Shown: piece by piece, positions 9,828-16,958 of the stretch
How the letters are laid out: every line of letters starts with the position of its first letter
Position numbering within the stretch: position 1 is the stretch's first letter
From: Pseudomonadota bacterium
GTDB lineage: Bacteria; Pseudomonadota; Gammaproteobacteria; Burkholderiales; Burkholderiaceae_B
Assembly: GCA_023387815.1 (NCBI GenBank)
Contig: JAEWHK010000037.1
Location: forward strand, 17,972-81,971
Direction: 5' to 3'
DNA: 64,000 bases
The notes under the pieces: model-generated
Databases searched by the model: none
Seen by the model: only the letters and a program-made list of their open reading frames with translations
Told to the model about the DNA's origin: nothing
Position numbers and translations under genes: made by a program

Positions 9828-9850
9828 TAAATAAGAATGAGTCTTATTTA
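9828..9850. promoter_or_regulatory. Putative Fur box upstream of the TonB receptor operon
   Basis: Perfect 9-5-9 inverted repeat TAAATAAGA-ATGAG-TCTTATTTA. The core AATAAGAATGAGTCTTATT matches AATGAGAATCATTCTCATT-type Fur boxes at 15/19 positions, about 50 nt upstream of the receptor. Confidence 0.7.
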
Positions 9851-9920
9851 ATGCGTATGAATTCTGGAGTATTTCGTATGCTATCGACGGGGGAGACAGG
9901 TGGGGATGGGTCTTGCGGGC

Positions 9921-9943
9921 GCCGGTGAATGAGGTTCACCGGC
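9921..9943 (-). terminator. Hairpin downstream of the GntP permease, possible terminator
   Basis: GCCGGTGAA-tgagg-TTCACCGGC 9-bp stem, with no clear U tract. Confidence 0.35.
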
Positions 9944-9981
9944 CTGTACCCTTATATTTGGACGTTAATGCGCCGTGATTA

Positions 9982-11340
9982 TTACAGCAGAACCAGGCTC
10001 AGGAGCCATACCGTGATCATGCCGACCACACCCTGAATCAGCGTTGCGACAGTCTGGGCGTAATAGGCGGTGGAAACGCGCATACGGCTGAACTGGGTCA
10101 CCACCCAGAAGAAGCTGTCGTTTGCGTGTGAGACGGTCATGCCGCCAGCACCGATGGCCATCACCGTCAATACGCGACCCATTTCACTGTCCAGGCCCAG
10201 CTGGCCCAGCATGGGTGCCACCAACGCCGACGTGGTCACCAGCGCGACCGTTGTGGACCCCTGAGCGGTTTTCAGGGCGGCCGAAACAATGAAGGGCATG
10301 AACAGGCCGATACCCATTGCCGACAGGGTCGTACCAATATAATCACCCAGCGGTGTGACTTTCAGAATGGCGCCGAAAGCGCCGCCTGCGCCGGTGATCA
10401 GCAGAATGGGTGCGGCGCTGGTCAGGCCTTCAGCCACATAATCATGAAACTGCTGGCGCTTGCCATTTCCCTTGAGCAGAAACATGGCAGAGATCATGCC
10501 TGCGAGCAGGGCAACTACCGGGTGTCCAAGAAACAGCAGGATGTTGGCAAACAGTCCTTCGCCCATGGGTTTGCTTGGAAAGGCGACAACCGAGCCGATG
10601 CAGATCAGAATGATGGGCAGGAAGATAGGAGTGAACGCCTGTGTCGCGCTGGGCAGCACGCCATATTCCTCGCGGGTTTTCATCAGGCCCTGATTGGGTG
10701 TGGTGGAAACGACCGGCGCTTCCAGCTCAATGTCTTTTTTCAGAAAGATGTTGGCCCAAAGCAGGCCGGCCAGTGCTGTGACGGCCGCAACAACCAGACC
10801 TACCAGAATCACCAGTCCCAGATTGTCGCCCAGTCCCAGATTACCGGCGGCCGCTATGGGTCCGGGTGTGGGTGGCACAAATGTATGCGTGGCGTACAAC
10901 CCTGTGGCCAGCGCAACACTCATGGCGATGAGCGATACATTCATACGTTTGGCAATGGCTTCTTTCAGGGAATTGAGAATCACGTAACCTGAGTCGCAGA
11001 ATACCGGAATGGAGACCAGATAGCCGATTACGGACATGGTCAGCGTCGGGAAACGGTTGCCTAGCATTTTGATGATGGTGTCCGCCATGGTAATGGCGGC
11101 GCCGGTTTTTTCCAGAATCACGCCGATAATGGTACCCAGCACAATCACAATTCCGATACTGCCCATGATGCCGCCAAAGCCTGTGGTGATGTGCTTGACG
11201 ATATCCAGCAGTGGAACCTGATACATGAAACCGCCGATAAAGGCGGCCGCAAGCAGGGCAAGAAATGGATGAAGTTTGAGTTTGGTGGTTGCCACAACGA
11301 TAAGTGCAATCAGTATGGCAAGAATGACGACCAGGTACAT
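9982..11340 (-). CDS. GntP family permease (gluconate/glycerate-type H+ symporter)
   Basis: KLKLHPFLALL, SIPVFCDSGYV, PPTPGP, KTAQGSTTVA and SHANDSFFW motifs. Confidence 0.92.
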   Translation of the reverse strand: MYLVVILAILIALIVVATTKLKLHPFLALLAAAFIGGFMYQVPLLDIVKHITTGFGGIMGSIGIVIVLGTIIGVILEKTGAAITMADTIIKMLGNRFPTLTMSVIGYLVSIPVFCDSGYVILNSLKEAIAKRMNVSLIAMSVALATGLYATHTFVPPTPGPIAAAGNLGLGDNLGLVILVGLVVAAVTALAGLLWANIFLKKDIELEAPVVSTTPNQGLMKTREEYGVLPSATQAFTPIFLPIILICIGSVVAFPSKPMGEGLFANILLFLGHPVVALLAGMISAMFLLKGNGKRQQFHDYVAEGLTSAAPILLITGAGGAFGAILKVTPLGDYIGTTLSAMGIGLFMPFIVSAALKTAQGSTTVALVTTSALVAPMLGQLGLDSEMGRVLTVMAIGAGGMTVSHANDSFFWVVTQFSRMRVSTAYYAQTVATLIQGVVGMITVWLLSLVLL

Positions 11341-11610
11341 GTCAGTAGTCCTAAATCAATGTCGATGGGAGGTGGAAATAAAATATTGCTGATGTTCGGG
11401 GCGATTGTATCTTAAAAGTTCCTGAATGCACCTTCGGATGGGGTCGGATTATTTCGTTTGGCATAAAGAGAGCGCAGGCCATAAGTCATAATCCATTACG
11501 CATTAATGGTTGATCATCAGCCATCAGCTATTACTGATTAACCATTAGGTCTTTGTCTTTCACGCATTTTCTATCCCAAGAAAAAATAAACAGGCTTTAG
11601 AAAAAGTCGC

Positions 11611-11639
11611 TTGCTCCGGGCAAATCAAATCTTCAGAAT
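11611..11639 (+). promoter_or_regulatory. Possible sigma70 promoter of the DMT transporter
   Basis: TTGCTC-17 nt-CAGAAT, located 28 nt before ATG 11667. Confidence 0.35.
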
Positions 11640-11666
11640 AGGCCTTAACTTTGGAGCAGGAAAATC

Positions 11667-12599
11667 ATGACAGATGGAATAAAGAGCGAGAACGTAGGGC
11701 AGCTGCAGCTGATTCTTGGCATGGCTATGTCCGGCACGATCGGGCTTTTCGTTGTGTGGTCAGGACAGAATCCCTTCAATGTCGGATTCTGGCGCTGCCT
11801 GATTGGCGGGCTGTGTCTGCTTGCTTTTTGCTTCGCCAAAGGCTATCTGAACCTGCGGCACGTATCACGAATGCAATGGTTTCTTCTGGCTGCCAGTGGT
11901 GTGGTGCTGGTGCTGAACTGGGCAGCATTGTTCGCTTCGTATATGCACGCAGGTATTGGCGTGGGCACCGTGATTTACAACACTCAGCCGTTTTTTCTGC
12001 TGCTGGCTGGCCCCTTGCTGTTTGGTGAACGCATCACGGCCAGGCAGGTGATGCTGGCCGTGCTGGCTTTTGGTGGCGTTGTGCTGATCGTACTGCCGGC
12101 GCTCACGGGCATTGAAGTCGATCTGCTTTTTCTGCAGGGTGCCGGTTTTGCGTTGTTGGCGGCATTGCTTTATTCCGGGCTGACTGTCACGACCAAGAAA
12201 CTCAAGGGGATCAAGCCGCAAGTGGTGGCCATGTGCCAGCTGGGTGTCGGTCTGGTCTTTCTTGCGCCGATCATGGCGTTCGACCAGTTACCACAAACGT
12301 CATTGCAGTGGGCCTGCGTTGTAACTATGGGCGTGTTTCACACTTTCCTGATGTACATCCTGATTTATTCGGCCTATCAGACGCTGCCGGTCAGCAAGAT
12401 TGCCATCCTGTCTTATGTGTATCCCGTGGTTGCTGTTATTGCCGATTATTTTGCCTTCGGCCATCAGCTGGGAGGGTGGCAATGGCTGGGTATCATCATG
12501 ATTCTTACGGCCGGGGTGGCCAATGCGCGTAACACAACAGTGAAGACGCCGGTGGCAGCACCGGCCGCGACCCGAAAATGCGCGGACGTTCACAGTTGA
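11667..12599 (+). CDS. DMT/EamA family transporter
   Basis: About 10 TM segments in two EamA-like repeats; MSGTIG, YNTQPF and LSYVYPVVA motifs. Confidence 0.9.
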   Translation: MTDGIKSENVGQLQLILGMAMSGTIGLFVVWSGQNPFNVGFWRCLIGGLCLLAFCFAKGYLNLRHVSRMQWFLLAASGVVLVLNWAALFASYMHAGIGVGTVIYNTQPFFLLLAGPLLFGERITARQVMLAVLAFGGVVLIVLPALTGIEVDLLFLQGAGFALLAALLYSGLTVTTKKLKGIKPQVVAMCQLGVGLVFLAPIMAFDQLPQTSLQWACVVTMGVFHTFLMYILIYSAYQTLPVSKIAILSYVYPVVAVIADYFAFGHQLGGWQWLGIIMILTAGVANARNTTVKTPVAAPAATRKCADVHS

Positions 12600-12654
12600 A
12601 ATAAATCAGGGCTGCGAATATGCTGCCTCCGATTCCGGGCTGGATTCAATGTGA

Positions 12655-13602
12655 TTATCTTTCAGAAAAGCCGGGTGACTGGGGATGCTGGCGCAGCTGG
12701 AAGCTGGCGGCTTCTTGTAGCAACCAGGTACGAAATTTTTGTGCGCCTTCGGACAGCCCTGCAAGGGACGGACCCAGAAGGTAGTAGCCCAGTTCCGATC
12801 GCAGCAGGGTGGGGTCCAGCGGAATCAGCCTGCCGTCAGTCATGAAGGGTTCCAGCAGAACCAGTCTGCCCAGCAGCATACCCTGATGGGCCAGCGCAGC
12901 ATCCACGGATAGCCCTGAATCGGTATAGGTAATGCGGTATTCCGGCAGCGTGGCCTCGGGCGCTTTCGCATGCAGCCACTCGCGCCAGGTCACATCCTGA
13001 TCATCTCCGCCCAGCATGCCCCGATCGGCAATCAAGGGCAGACGTTCAAATTCACCGGATTCGATTAACGGTGCCCATGCTGGATATTGCCTTGGGGTGC
13101 ACACGGCCTGATGAACTTCCTTCATCAGCGTATCGCATAGTGGCGTTTCGTAATTACCTTTGCCATAGCGGATGGCCAGGTCCAGATCATCGAAAGTGAA
13201 ATCGATCAGCGTCGGCGAACTGTCAATGTCCAGCCGAACAGTGGGGTGCTGGCGAAAAAAGCCGGGCAGTCGCGGATTGAGCCAGAAGCGCGCAAATGAG
13301 GGCAACACGCTGACCCGAACCAGCAAGGGGTCGCGCGGGTGATGAAAAGAACCGGCAAGCAGATCGAAACCTTGCGAAAGTCTGGGCAAGGCCTCTTTGC
13401 CGTAGGGTGTTAGTACCAGACCGCTGCGTGATTGAATCACGACGCGCTGTCCCAGGTAGTGCTCCAGCTGCTTGATCTGCTGACTGATGGCTGACGGCGT
13501 GACGTGCAGCTCCCTGGCGGCCAGCGCCATGGATTTGAGTCTCGCCGTGGCCTCGAAGGCCTTGAGACTGTTCAAAGGAGGTAGCGGCTGGCGGGTTTTC
13601 AA
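12655..13602 (-). CDS. LysR-type transcriptional regulator (GcvA-like)
   Basis: N-terminal LPPLNSLKAFEATAR...AARELHVTPSAISQQIKQLE helix-turn-helix; DLAIRYG. TTG start. Confidence 0.93.
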   Translation of the reverse strand: MKTRQPLPPLNSLKAFEATARLKSMALAARELHVTPSAISQQIKQLEHYLGQRVVIQSRSGLVLTPYGKEALPRLSQGFDLLAGSFHHPRDPLLVRVSVLPSFARFWLNPRLPGFFRQHPTVRLDIDSSPTLIDFTFDDLDLAIRYGKGNYETPLCDTLMKEVHQAVCTPRQYPAWAPLIESGEFERLPLIADRGMLGGDDQDVTWREWLHAKAPEATLPEYRITYTDSGLSVDAALAHQGMLLGRLVLLEPFMTDGRLIPLDPTLLRSELGYYLLGPSLAGLSEGAQKFRTWLLQEAASFQLRQHPQSPGFSER

Positions 13603-13728
13603 GAGATAACTCGTGATTGAGCGGTTATAGGGCGGTTACCTGCATACATTGTATGAGCAAGTGTCGCTAATGACGTCTGCAATTGGACAAACCTGCAAAC
13701 GTGTTGCGTAAAGCTTACGCAAACCACA

Positions 13729-13766
13729 GAAAAAATGCCTCGGTTCAGCGCTGAAACGAGGCATTT
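13729..13766 (-). terminator. Rho-independent terminator of putP
   Basis: Minus strand reads AAATGCCTCGTTTCAG-CG-CTGAACCGAGGCATTTTTT: a long stem plus a T tract, about 60 nt after the putP stop. Confidence 0.8.
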
Positions 13767-13827
13767 GAAGGTGTGGCCGGGTGGATAAAAATCGATCCGG
13801 TTTTTCTACCGATACGATAAGGACAGT

Positions 13828-15327
13828 TTACACCGCGTTCTTGAAGTCGCGATCGGCCCGATCGAAGTTTTCGACGACAGACTGTGCAGGCGCTTTGGTC
13901 ATCAGCGACACAATCACAATCGTAATCATGCCGGCGATAAAGCCAGGAACGATCTCATACAGTTCGCTGCCACTGTACTGTTTCCACAGAACGACTACCA
14001 GCGCGCCCACAACCATGCCTGCCAGTGCGCCGGCCGCGTTCATGCGACGCCAGAAGACGGACAGAAGAATAACAGGTCCGAATGCTGCGCCAAAGCCTGC
14101 CCATGCATAGGCAACCAGACCAAGAACACGGCTGTCGGGATCGGACGCAATCCAGATGGCAACCAGAGAGATGACCAGAACCATCACACGACCAATCCAT
14201 ACCAGTTCTTTCTGTGATGCAAGAGGACGAATAAAGCCTTTATAGAAATCTTCTGTAATGGCGCTGGAGCAAACCAGCAACTGGCAGCTGAGGGTACTCA
14301 TAACGGCGGCCAGAATCGCAGAAAGAATCACACCTGCAATCCAGGGATTGAACAGGATCTGTGCCAGTTCAATGAAAATCCGTTCGCTGTTTTTGGTGAC
14401 TTCGCCAGCCTGTTCAGGATGCAGTTGAAACCACGCAATACCGAAATAGCCGACAGCAACCGCACCGGCCAGGCAGAGAATCATCCAGGTCATGCCGATA
14501 CGGCGTGCGGCTTTGAGGCTTTTAACGGAGTCGGCAGCCATAAATCGGGCCAGAATATGTGGCTGACCAAAATAGCCCAGACCCCATGCAGCAGCACTCA
14601 CAATGGCAATGAAGCTGCCACCTGAAATCAGGCTGGAGTAATTTTTGCCTGCAGCAGCGGCAGCCTGATCCATGGTAGCCATAACGGACGACATATCACC
14701 CAGACCGATCAGCACCATGATGGGTGTCAGGATCAGTGCGAAAAACATGAGTGAGGCCTGAATGGTGTCGGTCCAGCTCACTGCCAGGAAGCCGCCGATA
14801 AAGGTGTAGATAATGGTGGCACCTGCGCCCAGCCACATGGCAGTGGTGTAGTCGACATGAAAGAGGCTTTCAAACAGACGGGCACCGGCAACAATACCGG
14901 AGGCACAATAAATGGTGAAGAAGAACAGAATAATGGCTGCAGCAACCACTTTCATGATGATGCTGCCTGCACCAAAGCGATGGTGGAAATACTCAGGCAG
15001 CGTAAGCGCATTGTTGTTGTATTCAGTGTGCATGCGCAATCTGCCTGACACCAGCAGCCAGTTGAAATACGCGCCGACCGTGAGTCCGATGGCGATCCAT
15101 GCTTCGGAAAGGCCGGCCAGATAAATGGCACCGGGCAATCCCATGAGCAGCCAGCCGGACATATCGGATGCCCCGGCAGACAGTGCAGTCACAAAACTGC
15201 CCAGGCTGCGACCACCAAGAATGTAATCGTCAAAATTACGTGTTGAAAAGTATGCGATAAATCCGACGGCGAGTACCACAATCAGATATATGGCGAACGT
15301 GATGACCATTGGGTTAATGTCACTCAT
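13828..15327 (-). CDS. putP: Sodium/proline symporter
   Basis: DDYILGGRSLG, ALSAGASDMSGWLLMGLPG, WGLGYFGQPHILARFM and AWAGFGAAFGP. Start MSDINPM at 15327. Confidence 0.96.
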   Translation of the reverse strand: MSDINPMVITFAIYLIVVLAVGFIAYFSTRNFDDYILGGRSLGSFVTALSAGASDMSGWLLMGLPGAIYLAGLSEAWIAIGLTVGAYFNWLLVSGRLRMHTEYNNNALTLPEYFHHRFGAGSIIMKVVAAAIILFFFTIYCASGIVAGARLFESLFHVDYTTAMWLGAGATIIYTFIGGFLAVSWTDTIQASLMFFALILTPIMVLIGLGDMSSVMATMDQAAAAAGKNYSSLISGGSFIAIVSAAAWGLGYFGQPHILARFMAADSVKSLKAARRIGMTWMILCLAGAVAVGYFGIAWFQLHPEQAGEVTKNSERIFIELAQILFNPWIAGVILSAILAAVMSTLSCQLLVCSSAITEDFYKGFIRPLASQKELVWIGRVMVLVISLVAIWIASDPDSRVLGLVAYAWAGFGAAFGPVILLSVFWRRMNAAGALAGMVVGALVVVLWKQYSGSELYEIVPGFIAGMITIVIVSLMTKAPAQSVVENFDRADRDFKNAV

Positions 15328-15394
15328 TCCTCGTTCCCTGTTTTTCGTGAGTTGAAAGCCCGGATTGTACGGAAAACGCAAGACGGTGAATATC

Positions 15395-15483
15395 AGGGTT
15401 AACTCTTAATGATCCAGGTTAACTTTATGATTTTATGAATATATTATTTTAGATGGGAGCAGGAAATAAAGCGGGTTAACCCG
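15395..15483. promoter_or_regulatory. Three GGTTAAC-core palindromic sites upstream of putP (candidate operators)
   Basis: AGGGTTAACTCT (15395-15406), AGGTTAACTT (15416-15425) and CGGGTTAACCCG (15472-15483). The same motif occurs three times upstream of putA. Confidence 0.65.
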
Positions 15484-15572
15484 TCATTCGTGAATTATCA
15501 TTCACTCAATGTCCCTTCAACGTCCGTCAACAGTCGTCTTTTGCGGTCAAAAGCCAGAAAAGTCAGTTTACG

Positions 15573-16643
15573 CTACAGCGTTGCTTCCGCGGGTTCCAGG
15601 GTTTGCGGCGACAGGCGTTCGCGTAATTCATAATCGATGATCAGATCGTCGGCATCGCCCGCTACGTCTGGTCGCAGCCCCATCCACGAGCCCAGTCCCA
15701 GGGGTGATGCCTCACCCAGGCGTACACCCTTGACCTCTTCTTTTTTCAGCACCACGACGGCATCCCAGTTCAGTTCAATGCCGATATAGTGACGCAGCCA
15801 GTGCGTCAGCTGCCTGGCCTTGCGGGTGCCGGGCATGAATTCATCGAACTGTTTGCGCGAGAGCGGTCCTAATGACAATCGAAATTTATGCTGGGCATCC
15901 CTGACAGAGCTTCCCAGAATGGTGTCCTGACCCAGACCCATTGTGCCGTTCAGACCCAGCTGCTGTGACGGATCCAGGGCAATCCATTGCGGAACGAATT
16001 CCCTGAGGCTGACATCAATGCCAAAAAAGGTTTTGAGTATCTGGATAATGCCTTCAGGATTGCGCGACTGGCGTACCAGATGTCCGGCAAAAAAATACTT
16101 GGCATGATCCATAATGGAATCACGATGTCGGAGCGATTCGTGTCCCTGATTGATCAGACTTGCAATATGGCGACTGAAATTTTCTTCGGGTCGGTCAAGG
16201 CTGACCGTGCTCTGCGCATCGGCCCAGGCCCGATAGAACAGGGCAATAAGCCGATGATGAAAAATATCGGCGAACGCAGACAGGGTGTGATCGCGATGGT
16301 GCACAATCCGCTCGCGTACGTACTCTGTCAGATGCAGTGGTAGCGGCCCGTTGGGACCGAAAAGCCCGTAGCTCAGAATGGAAACAACTGGCGGCCCATC
16401 CTTGTCACGATCAACATCGCATATGGTGGAGGGCGCAAACGCCATCGAGGGTTCCTGACGCAGGCGTATCGGCTCGCGCGAAGGCAGCGAGTCGCGACCC
16501 AGTGGCTTTCTGGTACCGCTGCGCGCATCAAACCAGCGCAGTACATGGTAAAGACCATAGCGATAGGGATCAGCTTCCAGCTTCTGCCAGAAATCAGGAG
16601 GCAGTGTGCTTGCCTTATTGACGGGTTCCGACGGCGTATCCAT
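15573..16643 (-). CDS. tssG: Type VI secretion baseplate subunit TssG
   Basis: IRLRQEPSMAFAPS, GLFGPNGPLPLHLTEY and FADIFHHRLIALFYRAWA. Start uncertain (16643 chosen; 16715-16730 possible). Confidence 0.92.
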   Translation of the reverse strand: MDTPSEPVNKASTLPPDFWQKLEADPYRYGLYHVLRWFDARSGTRKPLGRDSLPSREPIRLRQEPSMAFAPSTICDVDRDKDGPPVVSILSYGLFGPNGPLPLHLTEYVRERIVHHRDHTLSAFADIFHHRLIALFYRAWADAQSTVSLDRPEENFSRHIASLINQGHESLRHRDSIMDHAKYFFAGHLVRQSRNPEGIIQILKTFFGIDVSLREFVPQWIALDPSQQLGLNGTMGLGQDTILGSSVRDAQHKFRLSLGPLSRKQFDEFMPGTRKARQLTHWLRHYIGIELNWDAVVVLKKEEVKGVRLGEASPLGLGSWMGLRPDVAGDADDLIIDYELRERLSPQTLEPAEATL

Positions 16644-16958
16644 GCTTGTGATTGATGTACCTGTTATTTCGATTCGCGAGTCATCTGGCTGAACCTTGAT
16701 GTCAGTTGTGATCATCATTATCGGTTTCATCCAGTTTACCTGAAAGCGATGCAACAGGGAAACCACAGGAAGCATTGCCGGCTGCTGCGATTTTACATTT
16801 GGCAAAACTTTAAGGTTCGAAATCCCTGCCATATACACGTAACATACAGGGCAGCATTTCAAGGGCAGCATTTAACAGAGAACCGCCATTCACGGGCAGG
16901 TCATAATTTTCTGCTAGGCTCTTCCAATCACAAATGACAGCAAGCACAACCAACAACT

